Origin: a virus
Strand: one strand, 5' to 3'
Length of the DNA stretch: 64,000 bases
Virus record (IMG/VR): IMGVR_UViG_3300035701_000010
Location: 33,657-97,656 of that record
How positions within the stretch are numbered: position 1 is the first letter of the stretch; the number at the start of each line of letters is the position of its first letter. A program made the translations under genes and the position numbers. The notes beneath the pieces are model-generated. The model did not search any database. It saw only the letters and a program-made list of their open reading frames with translations, and was not told the origin of the DNA. Shown in pieces: positions 1-11,696 of this stretch.

Positions 1-1055
1 ATGCCCTCTTTATATTCGGAATGCCATTCCATAGTTTTTTCTTCATCTTCTATTTCTTTACCAGAAAATTCAAAAAGAATTAATGTGGGCTTGGCCAAAT
101 AGCCATTTCTAATCATCCAGGATAAACTTTTCTTAAAAAGAACTTTCCCAGTCACGGCCCGAAGAAGCATTCCTTCTCCACTGCTTCTCATATACGTTGC
201 CGTTGTTCCAATTCTATAAACCGCATTGGTTGTTTTATAGAATACAGCTTTGAATGTCTTAGCCGGAGAGTGGTGAGCTTCATCTAAATAGACAGCATTT
301 GCGTTGACTAAAAGGTCATGAACTATCTCAGTTTTCATCGCAGGGACAAGAGTTTGATTTTTTGAAAATCGTTTTGGTGGAATAAGATAGTGATAAAGGC
401 TTTCCACACTGGCCACAGTGATTCTTTTAATATCCCATTGACCTTCGCCAACAAACCCCACAGGTTCTCCTTGAAATTTTTCTATTTCTTCCTTGAGTTG
501 TGAAAGAAGAGAAATTCCACTGGTCACGATAAGATGCTTAAAAGTGGGTTGATTTAGATCAAGACAAGAGATAATTAAATTGATAATTAATGTCTTACCA
601 GAGCCAGTAGGAATATTAATAACTCCTGTTCTATTTTCTAATGCTGACTTTAAAGCTTGGAGTTGGTATGGTCTAGGAATGATCTGCGGATGATTAGATA
701 AAACTTTTTGAATGGTGCCTTCTAAAATTTCGAGGGTTTTTCTCGTATCTTTTATCTGAAAAGAAAGATCCCGACTCTTTAGGGCTTTCAGAACTCTGCT
801 TAACATTCCGGTTGGAAAAGTTTGAGATTTAGAGTTATAAAGGCGAATATAACCATCCCACCAATCATTTCTAAATGCGGCAGAGTATTGCGCTCCAGCT
901 TGGAAATATCTTAATTCCTTATCTATGGCTTCGGTAGCTACAGGAGATAGACGACCATAGATTTTAGAATAAACGTTGCCTACGATAATTTGTAGAAGTT
1001 TATCAGACTTCAGACTGGCAACTTTAGAATTAGCAATTTTTTCTAGGATAGACAT
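1..1055 (-). CDS. Superfamily 2 DNA helicase (UvsW/DEAD-like), runs off the left window edge
   Basis: Manual translation from ATG at 1055: Q-motif PRPYQ, Walker A IPTGSGKT, motif II LDEAHH, motif III GTTAT. Not in the ORF track because no stop lies in the window. Confidence 0.9.
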   Translation of the reverse strand, partial: MSILEKIANSKVASLKSDKLLQIIVGNVYSKIYGRLSPVATEAIDKELRYFQAGAQYSAAFRNDWWDGYIRLYNSKSQTFPTGMLSRVLKALKSRDLSFQIKDTRKTLEILEGTIQKVLSNHPQIIPRPYQLQALKSALENRTGVINIPTGSGKTLIINLIISCLDLNQPTFKHLIVTSGISLLSQLKEEIEKFQGEPVGFVGEGQWDIKRITVASVESLYHYLIPPKRFSKNQTLVPAMKTEIVHDLLVNANAVYLDEAHHSPAKTFKAVFYKTTNAVYRIGTTATYMRSSGEGMLLRAVTGKVLFKKSLSWMIRNGYLAKPTLILFEFSGKEIEDEEKTMEWHSEYKEG

Positions 1056-1363
1056 TAGTCTTTTCCTTTATTGAGGCCGGAGAAATCTACTCTTATGATT
1101 AATTCCGAACCTTTACGTTCAAAAGTAAAATATTCTAAAACAGAAGCGGCTATTGCTCCGGTTTGTTTTCTTATTTTATCTTCTACACGAGCACTGGCTT
1201 CTTTGGCTACTTCATTTACGATTTTAGCAACTTCTTGGTTGATTGCGGAAATAATTGAAGACACAATAGAATCGCTGGATGAACACTTGGTATCTGATAT
1301 TCCTAGTCCCATATTTCCTCCTATAGACAACAGTGATATATTCCTCTTTGAATAATCCACCAT
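1055..1363 (-). CDS. Hypothetical protein
   Basis: ORF whose stop overlaps the helicase start (TAATG coupling). Confidence 0.55.
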   Translation of the reverse strand: MVDYSKRNISLLSIGGNMGLGISDTKCSSSDSIVSSIISAINQEVAKIVNEVAKEASARVEDKIRKQTGAIAASVLEYFTFERKGSELIIRVDFSGLNKGKD

Positions 1364-3423
1364 TCGTTAATCATAGCGGTGCCTTCTCCTTTTTCTCTAT
1401 CAAACGTAATTGATTTCTTGTCTACATCCGTATAAGCGATTTTCATTTCTATTCCATCAATCTTGAGGGTGGCTGTGTGTTCCCAATCTACATTGCGAAT
1501 CACTTCTTCAATTCTAACCAGAACTTTTTTAGCCATTTAATCCTCCTGTTGTAACAAAGTTATATACCACGCAAGATGGTCAGAGCATTAAGAAAAAATA
1601 TTTTAAGGTGAAAGAGAGAATACAAAATCTTTTTGTTGTATCATTAGTCTCTAAAACTGTATAGTTTCACTAGCAACGTTCAGAGAAAAACAATAATATA
1701 ATAAGACTCTTCTTTTCTTCTCTTTCTTTATCTTTCTTCCTTTCTACACCTTCTTCTATGACTTTTTTGAATCACGGACTCTTCTCCAATCTCTCATCTA
1801 GCTTGATTCAAAATTTGATTACTTTTAAGCCTTTCTTTTATTCCTTTTCCTTCAAGGTTTCGATCGCATCGTCTATAGTTCTATTAATAAACCAATCATC
1901 ATCATTCCACTGGACTGGGATGGTCATCTTAGGCGGTCTTCTTTCAGCGCACATGGCAGCCACCCTGTGTTGGCATTCCTTCAATCTTTCTAGAAGAGAG
2001 CCAGATTCCCTTACTTGGTCAACTAATTGTTTCTTTCTCATTAGCTTCCTCCTCGATAGGGGTGACCTGTGACAAATCGCCATAGTCAAAAACGTTATCA
2101 TCATAATCTACCAAATAAATTCTATGGCAACACGTTAAAATAACCTCACGCTGATAATTTGGATGATCTTTATCCCAATCAGAGATCGCTTGTGGCTTAA
2201 TCTTAACGGCCCGTATTTGGCCCTTACAGATAGGACACGGAACCTTTAAAATGCTTTCTGCAATCATTTAGCAGTCCCTCCTTCTCCACAACATTCGTTA
2301 AAAAAGTTTTCGTTTTCTTCTTTCTCCCATGGAATGACCTTTTCTCCCACCACGGCATTAAAATCAATAACCTGTTGAAAATCTCCAGAATTTGACATAA
2401 GCCATTGAGTGACTTGCTTTCTGGTTACGGGCAGGCCCATGCTCAGGACGGCCCCTCTTGTGAGTTCGTAGGTCATCGTGGCTTTTCCGCCGATCCAAAG
2501 CAATCCCACCACCTCAATCCAATTTCTTTCAACCACAAATTTCATTTGGTCCTCCTTTTTTATAATACACCTTTTTGCAATCATGACAGGAAAAATAAAC
2601 GGGAATTAATGGAATATAAATTCTTCCAAATAATAATTTTCCATTGGAAACGGAAAATTGACGATGAAAATGAAAAAGACAATGAGCTTGTAACTTAATC
2701 CAAGCCACAAGAAATTTCATTGTTATTTCCTCCCTTTAGGGCTGTTTAAGGTCCAGCATACAGTCTTGCAGACAGGACAAATAGGATGCCCCATATAGTT
2801 ATCGACCTTTGACAGATCAAAGGTATGAAAGTTAGAGCAGCGACTTATCGTTTGATTCTTTCTTCTTGAAGGATTTGGAACTTGACACCTAGAATGTCTT
2901 TCTTTCTTAAGGGGGGCAGAATCAAAAGCTTCGGGATAGACATCGCTTACGGCTTTTTCTGCTCTTTTTAGTTCTTCGGTGGTCGGAGTCCGGTTAAGAA
3001 TTTCCATTAACGCAATGAAAATGTATTTATGAAGAATAGTCATTACGTTCTCCTTTTGCTTACTTTCTTAGGGTACATTTTCATTTCTATATCTGCAAAA
3101 ACATCAATTCTCTTTTTCGCCGCTTCTATTGTCTTCCACGTTTTTAGACCATAAGTGATGATTACATCTTTTGAAATACTGATAGCTCTATCTCTATAAT
3201 AAATCGTATTGCCTTGCTTGCCTTTTAGTGTCATGATTTTCCTCCTTGTTTTTGAACCCATCGCTTTCTACATGCCCCTAAGGATTTTTGGTTGGGACAA
3301 GTTGGGCACTTCACGTTCCACTTATCTGCTCGATGCCAAAAGGTGCGCTTACATCGGTGACAAAACATCGTATGCTGGTTAACAACGGGGGTCCAAATAG
3401 TGTCTATGAGACTAATCTGATGC

Positions 3424-3645
3424 TCATCGAGCACTTTTTTTATCCTCTTTGTAGGTGCTGTTCCATCGCTGGCCGGTCTTAATATAGTGGATCGTTTGTT
3501 TAGAAATATGGTATTGATTAGCCAGCCTTGTTTGAATCCCCCAATGCGGAAGGCTGGAGTGTAACGCTTCTCTTATTTCGTTGACTTGTGCTTGGGTCAA
3601 TTTAGCACTACAATTCTTTTCGCCTTTTCTTTGGTACATCATCAC
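3424..3645 (-). CDS. Small HTH DNA-binding protein (type often found C-terminal to HNH endonucleases)
   Basis: GEKNCSAKLTQAQVNEIR...QTRLANQYHISKQTIHYIKTGQRW pattern. Confidence 0.7.
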   Translation of the reverse strand: MMMYQRKGEKNCSAKLTQAQVNEIREALHSSLPHWGIQTRLANQYHISKQTIHYIKTGQRWNSTYKEDKKSAR

Positions 3646-3844
3646 TCCTTTGTCGTACCGGATATTATTTCTATTAAAAGAGCGTCACATGAGGAACATG
3701 CGAAGGGATTAGATGAAGCAATCCAAGAAGTCGAACCTTTCTTATCAGCTACTGGAGTTCCATCTGGTTCAAACATTCGAAATCTGTCTCCGGTAACTAA
3801 TTCAGAAAAATCTATCTTCATCCATCGTTCGTTAACCCATACTT

Positions 3845-4693
3845 CTACTTTTCTTTGGGACATAACTGCTCCTTTAGAAAACCAAAGAGAACCTTTATGG
3901 TTACATCTATTTTGATATGTTCTGGAATCGCTGGCACTTGACATGGTTCAGCAGTCAATTCAGTGAATTGTGGATCCTTTTCAATTTTTGAAGTATGATC
4001 AACTTCTTTAGTCAGTTCAGATTGAAGATTTTCTTTGGCGGATTCATCAGAAATGGTAATGGCTATTGGAGGATCTCTGAACGGTTTTGTTTTCTTGCCT
4101 ATTTTCGGAATAATTTCAGTATTTGATTTTCTTTCTAATCTTTCTTTTCTTGATAAGATGATGTTTAAACTTCGAAAGGTGCCAACGGCATCTTCAACTG
4201 TTTGATCATCAAAAACGATGTGATATTCATAAACGTTAGCAGAGTTTGCTCGTCGCAACATGGTTGGAGGATGTTTGGTTGCGTTTAGGATCTTATATAT
4301 TCTTGAATTCAAAGCAGTGACACTTGGATAGTGCCCTCCAATGGCCTTATAGAGTTGTGAAGTCGTAAACCACTGTTCTTTATCTTTGAAGTAAAATTCT
4401 AAAATCTGCCTTAGTGCATTTTTTTGTCTTTCTTCTGCCATTTTCGCTACCTCCTCCTGCGAATAGATTTTTGTGCTAATTACCCCCTTCGGACAATTTT
4501 CCCATTTAGTTTTTCTGTAGTGAGATATAATCTTTTTTGTTTCTCTTGTTGATTTTTTGACCTCTTTTTCAATTTCAGAAGTTTTTTCTTTTTCATCTTC
4601 TCCTTTCAAAAACTCCTTAAGAGAGATGGTCTTGCCGCCAATACAGATGTTAATGCCATCCTTAGGATCTTGGCTCCCTTTTGGGTTTTCCAT
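3845..4693 (-). CDS. Hypothetical basic protein
   Basis: 282-aa ORF in the same orientation as its neighbours. Confidence 0.6.
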   Translation of the reverse strand: MENPKGSQDPKDGINICIGGKTISLKEFLKGEDEKEKTSEIEKEVKKSTRETKKIISHYRKTKWENCPKGVISTKIYSQEEVAKMAEERQKNALRQILEFYFKDKEQWFTTSQLYKAIGGHYPSVTALNSRIYKILNATKHPPTMLRRANSANVYEYHIVFDDQTVEDAVGTFRSLNIILSRKERLERKSNTEIIPKIGKKTKPFRDPPIAITISDESAKENLQSELTKEVDHTSKIEKDPQFTELTAEPCQVPAIPEHIKIDVTIKVLFGFLKEQLCPKEK

Positions 4694-5168
4694 TTTCGTT
4701 CTCCTGGGTTACTGGCTTTTCCATTAATAAGATTTCTTCATCTCCTTTCAGTTTGCCATAAAAACTCACTCTCCATCCGCTATCATAAAGAACTAGAATC
4801 TTACTCACTTCTATTTCAGATCCAACAAACTTTTTAACCTTCCAACGAACTTTTTTGTCTATGTGCGATTTAACAACACTATGAGCAATCGATTCTATCA
4901 TGGAGAATAACTGGTTGGTTGCTTTGTTCATAATGTCGTCATGAACTTGCTGCATCATTGCGTCAAGAGCTTTCAAAGCAGTTCTTTTTAATTTCTTTTC
5001 AATGAATTCTGTCATAGCGGCTCTGATCTTTTCGTCAAGAGATTGATTATCTGCTTCTAGTTGAAGAATTCTTGCTTTGGCTGTTTTTAGTCTCGTTGAA
5101 AGAGTTTCAATTTGACCTTCAAGGTCTGTTTTAACGGCTTCTAGTTCTTTTGCTTTGACCAGTAACAT
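4662..5168 (-). CDS. Coiled-coil hypothetical protein
   Basis: Heptad-rich N-terminus; RBS GAGGAGG upstream. Confidence 0.6.
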   Translation of the reverse strand: MLLVKAKELEAVKTDLEGQIETLSTRLKTAKARILQLEADNQSLDEKIRAAMTEFIEKKLKRTALKALDAMMQQVHDDIMNKATNQLFSMIESIAHSVVKSHIDKKVRWKVKKFVGSEIEVSKILVLYDSGWRVSFYGKLKGDEEILLMEKPVTQENENGKPKREPRS

Positions 5169-6000
5169 AAATAGTTCCCTCCTCAGACATTTGAATTCCT
5201 GTTTGGATGATTGTGTGTTCTATGATTTTAAACGCTTGGTTAATCACTCGTTTGTCTACTTTAAAATAAGTCGCCATAGCTCCTATGGTTGGTGTAACTA
5301 GAAATGGTCTCCTTGAATCATAAGACTGGTTAGCCTTCCTTGCTCTGCATCTAAAATCAAACATAATTATTTCTTCAAAGCGACTGTTGGTTTTATATAG
5401 AGTATCGAAAACTTTTCTTACGAAACTTCTTTTTCTTCTAATAAATCCAGTAGGTGTGTAGCGACTCGCGTCAAGTTTCTTCTTTACTCTTTTAAGGAGT
5501 TGCGAATATGAAAGTTTGAATTCAGGATTTTCTATATGAGAATCTTGAATTACGTCTTGAAGAAAATAGGATGAATTCGGTTGCTCTAAATCTACCCTAT
5601 CATTAAAAATACCAGATCCTTCATTTGCATCAGGTCTAACTCCTTTCCAGAAGAACCCAAAATTCGTTTCAAAAATTGACCGGACTGGAAAAACTTTATT
5701 ATCTATCTTTGGGATTTTGTCTCCTGTAGTTAAATGAGAGCGTTGATTAATAAAAAAGTTCTTAGCGATTTTCTTGATAAAGGTGGCTAAGCTGCTTACT
5801 TCCGGGTTATAGCTGGGAAGATTATTTAGCAGCTTAATTCTTAAATCTTGACATAAATCATCAGTTTCTATAGAGTAATCGAAAAAGAATGATGTAACCC
5901 ATTTGGAACAAATACTTTCTATTAAAGGATTGTATTGGATAAGAAGTTGTTTGACCGAAACCCGTTTGAGTTTTCCATTTTCTCTGATCAGTAATTTCAT
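5131..6000 (-). CDS. Phage RNA polymerase sigma factor (sigma70 region 2-like)
   Basis: YNPLIESICSKW...ETDDLCQDLRIKLLNNLPSYNPEVSSLATFIKKIAKNFFIN matches sigma70 region 2; possible C-terminal HTH (TIGAMATYFKVDKRVINQA). Confidence 0.75.
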   Translation of the reverse strand: MKLLIRENGKLKRVSVKQLLIQYNPLIESICSKWVTSFFFDYSIETDDLCQDLRIKLLNNLPSYNPEVSSLATFIKKIAKNFFINQRSHLTTGDKIPKIDNKVFPVRSIFETNFGFFWKGVRPDANEGSGIFNDRVDLEQPNSSYFLQDVIQDSHIENPEFKLSYSQLLKRVKKKLDASRYTPTGFIRRKRSFVRKVFDTLYKTNSRFEEIIMFDFRCRARKANQSYDSRRPFLVTPTIGAMATYFKVDKRVINQAFKIIEHTIIQTGIQMSEEGTIYVTGQSKRTRSR

Positions 6001-6021
6001 AGATTCTCCGCATATTTAACC

Positions 6022-6705
6022 TCATTTCGAGAGTTCATTGCTTCTTTTAAAGAGTTCCGAAGCCAGTTGTTCTTCTGTTATTTCAGGATTTTTGGTCATT
6101 ATTTCTTCAGCAAGAGCATTCAGCTTGTGCGTTGCTTTTAATCTTAAAGTTTTGGCCATGCCAGCAAGGAGAGCTGAAAACTTAGAGAGGTTGATTTGGG
6201 CAGGAGGCGGTTCAATTTCATCAACGTAGAGAATATTTTGAGAAGTTAAATATCGATCCCATTCCTTATCTGTGGAATGCGGGCATTTAGAGATAAGGCG
6301 TAGACAATCAGAACAAATCATTGCTCGAATTCTAATTTCTATTTCATGAAAGTTTCTAACTACTAGAGTATCTGTATCAAAGTGATAGTTAATTTCTACA
6401 TTTGAGATAAATGTCGTGTGTTCAAAAAATAGACAAAACTGAGCATAAAGCAATTTTGGTTCTTTAAGAGAAATTCTATCACATCCAATATTCGGAGATA
6501 CTCTTATCTCTGCGTCAGCAATGTACCACCAACGATCTTGTTGGTTTGCAGGTGGCCAGACAGAAAACGTGTTGGAAGGCATTTTATGAAATATTGTTTC
6601 TATTTCTTTGTTAGAGCTTAGTAAGTTGTATATTCTTGGCTGTAGCGCCTTAAATAAAGGTGGTTGATCATTAACATACAAGATTTTAATTTTCTTTTCT
6701 GACAT
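6022..6705 (-). CDS. Hypothetical protein
   Basis: 227-aa ORF within the operon. Confidence 0.6.
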   Translation of the reverse strand: MSEKKIKILYVNDQPPLFKALQPRIYNLLSSNKEIETIFHKMPSNTFSVWPPANQQDRWWYIADAEIRVSPNIGCDRISLKEPKLLYAQFCLFFEHTTFISNVEINYHFDTDTLVVRNFHEIEIRIRAMICSDCLRLISKCPHSTDKEWDRYLTSQNILYVDEIEPPPAQINLSKFSALLAGMAKTLRLKATHKLNALAEEIMTKNPEITEEQLASELFKRSNELSK

Positions 6706-7166
6706 AGTCCACCCCCAGAGAATCTCTTACGGTACTCTGTATGTCCTCTTCGCTCCATCCTTCCTCCCTTAAATCTTTAACATAATCGTCGACGATTTCT
6801 GATAGGGTGACGTCTAAACACTCGTCAATGTCTTCTAATTTTCCTTCTTTTTCTTTTTGAATCTCTCGTAATTTTTCTTCAGTTAAGAGTTTATAGTAGA
6901 TTGATTTTACGAAAAGGCTCGTTTTTTCGTAAACTTCCATAAGCCACCACTTCACTATAATCTTAAGATCAGTTATCATGTGGCATTTCTCCATCCTCCC
7001 CATTAAGATTTGGTCCGGTGTCTAACAAATCCAAACTGGCACCACAATTGGTGCAGAAAGTTGCACCCAAAATCATAAAAGAAGGGTCTTCATCATAAGA
7101 ATCCTTATGGTCGCACACTGGACATTTGATCGTCATCCCCATATCAACACCCCCGCCTTTTTATTT

Positions 7167-7195
7167 ATTGTACTATAAAGAAATGCCAGATGCAA
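7167..7195 (-). promoter_or_regulatory. sigma70-type promoter TTGCAT-N17-TACAAT
   Basis: Intergenic, exact 17-bp spacer, member of a repeated promoter family. Confidence 0.65.
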
Positions 7196-7793
7196 TAAAA
7201 AACTGGCGCATTTCCTATGCCAAAAAAGGAGTTTTGGTTTCTTGCCATGTTTGAGAAATTAGTTCGTCACTGACCCTTAACCATTTTCTTATATCTCTAA
7301 TGGCGTCTTGATCAAAATCTGTGACAATAATCGCTCCGCAATTAGAACACGCCATGATTCCACGAATCATATTGTTGCCTATAACGAGTACTGAACTGTG
7401 GAGAATACTATAGCATTGGCCGCATCCAGATTCTCCAATATCTTCAATCGCATGGAGCGAAAGATAAGTTCTTGCTTTAAAGGTAATGAAATACGTTTTT
7501 CCAATATTAACCACATCGTATCCACCTCTCGGGATAAGATCAGTTACATGATATGAAATTTTAGATTTAGATGTTGACATATTATTTTACAATAAACAAG
7601 TGTTTCACTGATCGAAGTAGATAGGTCGCTTTTGGATCATTTAGCTTCAAATCCATCGCTTTTAATCCTTGAGCAATAAGATCTTTCGTTTCTTCCATAG
7701 AAAGGTTATCACTAGATATAACCCAAAGATAATTTTCTTTGTCAACGAAGATCTTTACTTCGGCTATTGCTTCTGGAATGATTGCTTTGCTGC

Positions 7794-9647
7794 TCATCCG
7801 CTCACCATTTTCATCAGCTGCTCTTCATTAATCATTTTAATTTTCAAGAACCTTGCTTTGGCGGCTTTTGACGAGATGCTATTTTGATCTGCAATCACTA
7901 GATAGTCTAGATTTCTAGAAACGCTCACAATTTTTCCGCCATTTTGTTCAACCAGTTTAATCAACTCTTCTCTTGGTCTCGAGGCGGCTCCAGTGAATTG
8001 AAAGGTTTTTCCTTTTAAGATGTTAGTCTTCTCTACTTCAAGAAATCTTAATCCTTTACCTTTGAGAAAGGTGTAAAGTTCGTTATAGTCTGGGATGTTG
8101 TCTATGAAAGCGGAAGCAACGCTTGGTCCTATTCCTTTAACGGCAATGAGTTTATTGAACATCTCATTGATTGGCATTGTGAACATTCTGCCGAATCCGT
8201 TGCGAGCTAAGGTGTCTACAATTATTTTAGCATTCTTGATGGCGATTCCAGGAATGCCAAAAGCGGCAAGAAGATTTTCTTCTGTGGTATTCAGAGTCTT
8301 CTTTCTTTCTTCTAAAATTTTATCTGCGGATATTTCTCCCAATCCAACAGCCTTTGCAATTTGTTCCTTAGTTAAATCATAGAAATCTTCAACTACTAGA
8401 ATATTAAGCTTTTCCAACGTTGGCGTTCGAATTCCTTCTGCTCCTAGAGTTCGGATAAAATACTCTACAAATGCGAGGGCTTGTCCTTTACAGGTCAATT
8501 GGGAGTTAGGGCATATTAAATCTACACCATCTTTCTTAAGAGTCTCTTGGCAGGATGGGCAATTGGTTGGTTGGTGAAGGACTTTGGCTTTTTTGACCAC
8601 GCCTGTGATATATGGAATGACATCGCCAGAACGAACAATACTGATCACCGCCCCCCTGTCAATCATTCGCTCTGCAAGCCATTGAGCATTGTGTCCGGTA
8701 GGGTGTTGAATTTCAACTCCTTGGGTTTCAATTGCATCCACATGGACGACAGGAACAACTCTTCCGGTGCGAGTAACATTCCATTCTATTTCTGTGACCT
8801 TTGTAGATATTGGAGCATCTGAAACTTTGAAGGCTACTTTGTTTTCAGGAATTTCAACATTCTCTCGTGGAGCATGGTCGGCCATAATGACCAATCCATC
8901 CATGTCATAAGTCAAATCGCCCTTGGTTTTAATTTTATTGACCCATTTTTCAATCAGCCGATCTGTTTGCGAGATTGTTTCTTTTAAGATTCTAAACCAA
9001 GGAGTGACTTTAAAGCCGAGGAGATTAATTTGGTTGATTCGATCAAATTGAGAGGGGATTTCTTGAGGCCATTCAATGAGTTCATGAAACCAAATAGAGA
9101 TTCGCTCCATGCCTTGAAGATCATCTCTATTCATGATTCCAGCAGCGGCATTTCTTTTTGTTTTATAGCCAACCGGAACAGTTCCGGTGATAATTGCTTC
9201 TCCTCGCATGGCCACTCTTCCAGATTCACGAATGCTCATGATGGGAGTTTTGGTGATGGCTTTGGCTTTCCATAAAAGGTCTTGCCCAATATGTCCATCC
9301 CCTCGGGTACAGAAGGTAGTTAACTTGCCCTTGTTCCATTCAGCGTAGATGGAAATACCATCCAGTTTGAAGGAAGCACAAAGGTCATCTTTTTGGTGGG
9401 CACGGAGCCACTTACCGGCGTCGGCTGGTCCAATTTTATTCAGGCTACCAAGAACATAGGGCAGATGAATTTTGGAGCGTTTTACGGGCGCACCTACTTT
9501 GGCAAGCAGTTGACTGTCTGGCTTCAGTTTCTTAAGCTTGTCTATCAATTGGTCGAACTCTTGGTCTGAAATTTCGGGCTGTTGGTTGTAATACAATTCT
9601 CTGTGATGGGTAATTCTTTCTTCTAGTTTGGCAATACGATCAACCAT
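7794..9647 (-). CDS. ligA: NAD-dependent DNA ligase
   Basis: YY..QPEISDQEFDQL, KLDG adenylation motif, RGE, RNAAAG, DGLVI, OB fold (VTRTGRVVP, RSGDVIP), Zn finger, HhH, C-terminal BRCT. Confidence 0.97.
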   Translation of the reverse strand: MVDRIAKLEERITHHRELYYNQQPEISDQEFDQLIDKLKKLKPDSQLLAKVGAPVKRSKIHLPYVLGSLNKIGPADAGKWLRAHQKDDLCASFKLDGISIYAEWNKGKLTTFCTRGDGHIGQDLLWKAKAITKTPIMSIRESGRVAMRGEAIITGTVPVGYKTKRNAAAGIMNRDDLQGMERISIWFHELIEWPQEIPSQFDRINQINLLGFKVTPWFRILKETISQTDRLIEKWVNKIKTKGDLTYDMDGLVIMADHAPRENVEIPENKVAFKVSDAPISTKVTEIEWNVTRTGRVVPVVHVDAIETQGVEIQHPTGHNAQWLAERMIDRGAVISIVRSGDVIPYITGVVKKAKVLHQPTNCPSCQETLKKDGVDLICPNSQLTCKGQALAFVEYFIRTLGAEGIRTPTLEKLNILVVEDFYDLTKEQIAKAVGLGEISADKILEERKKTLNTTEENLLAAFGIPGIAIKNAKIIVDTLARNGFGRMFTMPINEMFNKLIAVKGIGPSVASAFIDNIPDYNELYTFLKGKGLRFLEVEKTNILKGKTFQFTGAASRPREELIKLVEQNGGKIVSVSRNLDYLVIADQNSISSKAAKARFLKIKMINEEQLMKMVSG

Positions 9648-9666
9648 TTGTTCCCTCCTTGAACGG

Positions 9667-9969
9667 CTATTGTTTTGTCCATCCTCTTGCTTCCATGCAC
9701 CGAGTCATTGCGTTATTGAAGCTTAATGCTTCGGTAATTCCTGCTCCGATTCCGGAACCCATTGCCCCTCCCAACGTGGCAGGGGTCATCGTTGACCCGC
9801 TAAAAGAAGCGGCGTAACTGCGAGCAGTCATTTCGCATCCAAATTTATCACTTTCAAAATCTGCTGTGGTGGCTCCAGATTTGGCGAACATAACTTTTCC
9901 CCCACACCCAAGACACGATAACACAATCAACAGCATCAATATACTTTTCATTCTTGCTCCTCCTCCCAC
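9667..9969 (-). CDS. Putative lipoprotein
   Basis: Signal peptide with lipobox-like LSCLGC; C-terminal CMEARGW. Confidence 0.6.
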   Translation of the reverse strand: MGGGARMKSILMLLIVLSCLGCGGKVMFAKSGATTADFESDKFGCEMTARSYAASFSGSTMTPATLGGAMGSGIGAGITEALSFNNAMTRCMEARGWTKQ

Positions 9970-10472
9970 TTCTTTAAAAGGTTAAAGGTCTTTTTGAAGA
10001 GTAAATAGGTCACCATCTTGATGCCAGGAATAGAGCTTTCTCTTGGACCGGCCACATTGATAACGAGTGGGGCTTTCACGATCCCATAAATATATTTAAT
10101 GGTTCCTGCAATGTGATACTCCTGCATCTTATGCGTCGGGCTGTAGACGAGAAGACGATGCTTTCTTAACTCTTCAGCCAATTTGCCTGTTAATTTGGTT
10201 CCAGGACCTCCTTTCTGATCAGGATCAATAATGATTGTGAGATCTGAATCTTGAACATTTTGTTTAGTTCTGGGTGACCATTTTTCAGAAGCATGTTCTT
10301 TCAGACCATAAATAGATCCAAGTTTAGGGCTAGGTCCATCTTCAGTCTTAAACCCTTTAGGTGCCGTTCCGCCTGTTTTTAATCCACTTTTCTTGGCTGC
10401 TTTTAAAGCTCCGAAGTCAACCCCTGTTTGGCCGCCGGATATAATTCTTCTAATGTATTTTGTGGTTCCCAT
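9948..10472 (-). CDS. SLOG-superfamily protein (MoCo-carrier/cpYpsA-like)
   Basis: IISGGQTGVD.GAL.AA, TGGTAPKG, RT..NV.DSD.T and INVAGPRES motifs. Confidence 0.85.
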   Translation of the reverse strand: MGTTKYIRRIISGGQTGVDFGALKAAKKSGLKTGGTAPKGFKTEDGPSPKLGSIYGLKEHASEKWSPRTKQNVQDSDLTIIIDPDQKGGPGTKLTGKLAEELRKHRLLVYSPTHKMQEYHIAGTIKYIYGIVKAPLVINVAGPRESSIPGIKMVTYLLFKKTFNLLKKWEEEQE

Positions 10473-11267
10473 TCTATCCTCATTGCTTGTGGAAGTAAAT
10501 GAACTGTATCTCCACTCATTGGCTTCACGGCCATTTTAGCTGGAGCAAAAAAATCATTTCTTGGAGAAGAAACTATTATTCCATTAATACGAGTCTTTTG
10601 ACCAATTGTCCAATTGGCTTTGGAAGTGTTAGAAATCCATCCTTCAGATGCAAGAGCGAATTGCACCCATCTCGGTTCGCTTAAAGAACCATCATTAAAT
10701 ATTAAGTGTATCTTAAACTTTGGAAATTTCATCTTAGAACGCTCCTGAATTTGAAAAAGAATCTCTCTGTTTTTCAAAGAAACGAAACTTCAGATTGAGT
10801 ATTCCATTTTTGGCTTTGAAATAAGCAAGTTCTTGGCTATAGTAGTCTGGGATGTCAGAAACTTTAATGTGCCAATCTGTTTTTGCTCTAAGTTCTTTGA
10901 TCAAGTTTTTAATGGACTTTTTAGCCCCGTGATCAAATAACTCAAGCTGAATTTCAATAGTGATTTCTGGGATCAATTTGACGCACCTCCTTTCTCTAGT
11001 CTTTTGTATCGATGGCGTTGAGCAGCATCCATTCCTTATCCATATCAATCACTGTAAGTTGGCCGAAAATTTGTTGGTTAATGAGCCATAAGCATTTTCT
11101 AAAGCGAGCCGCTCCTTTTGAATCTAAGAGTCGTGTTGAAAATTCAGGTTTAATTCTAAAATCCATAGCAGAGTTGGTTCTGTTTTCTTTGAGTATTTCG
11201 ATAAGACGATTGGCCATTGCAATCGTATTCACCGGCAATGCTGTTTCATGGATTGTTTCCTCAATGT

Positions 11268-11696
11268 TCATGTATTCCTCCTTTTCATTCGCTTAGGGGT
11301 TCTTATTATGGGTTGAACCTTTTTGACTGGGAATCTTCTAATCTTAGGAACTCTAGTCACCTCCTTTGCTTTTCGTATTCTCCATTCAAACTTAATCTTT
11401 TTCTTTAAGAAAGAAATGGTTTCTCTGACTTTTTTGTTCCAAACAAATTGAAAAGTTCCCAGTTTAAATTGATGCTTATCCCATTCCTGCCATGAAAGTT
11501 TTTTGTAATCACCTTTTCGGTCAATAAGATATACGAAGAGGTAAGTGGCTAGAGCCACAAGAAAATATTTTTGGTTGATTTCGACAACTGTTCCAAGTCG
11601 GCAATGGTGCCTTTGTTCTGTTTGAGAAATTCTGTAAGAACGTTTTCTTTTTTCTGAACGAAGTGGATCAATAAATCTTTTTCTTGGCATCGCCAA
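11268..11696 (-). CDS. Highly basic hypothetical protein
   Basis: 142-aa K/R-rich ORF. Confidence 0.55.
   Translation of the reverse strand: MAMPRKRFIDPLRSEKRKRSYRISQTEQRHHCRLGTVVEINQKYFLVALATYLFVYLIDRKGDYKKLSWQEWDKHQFKLGTFQFVWNKKVRETISFLKKKIKFEWRIRKAKEVTRVPKIRRFPVKKVQPIIRTPKRMKRRNT

Noticed and set aside
2438-2451. 14-nt match (CATGCTCAGGACGG) to the 45-bp repeat
   Set aside because: Lies inside a coding region and lacks the pairing partner; probably chance.
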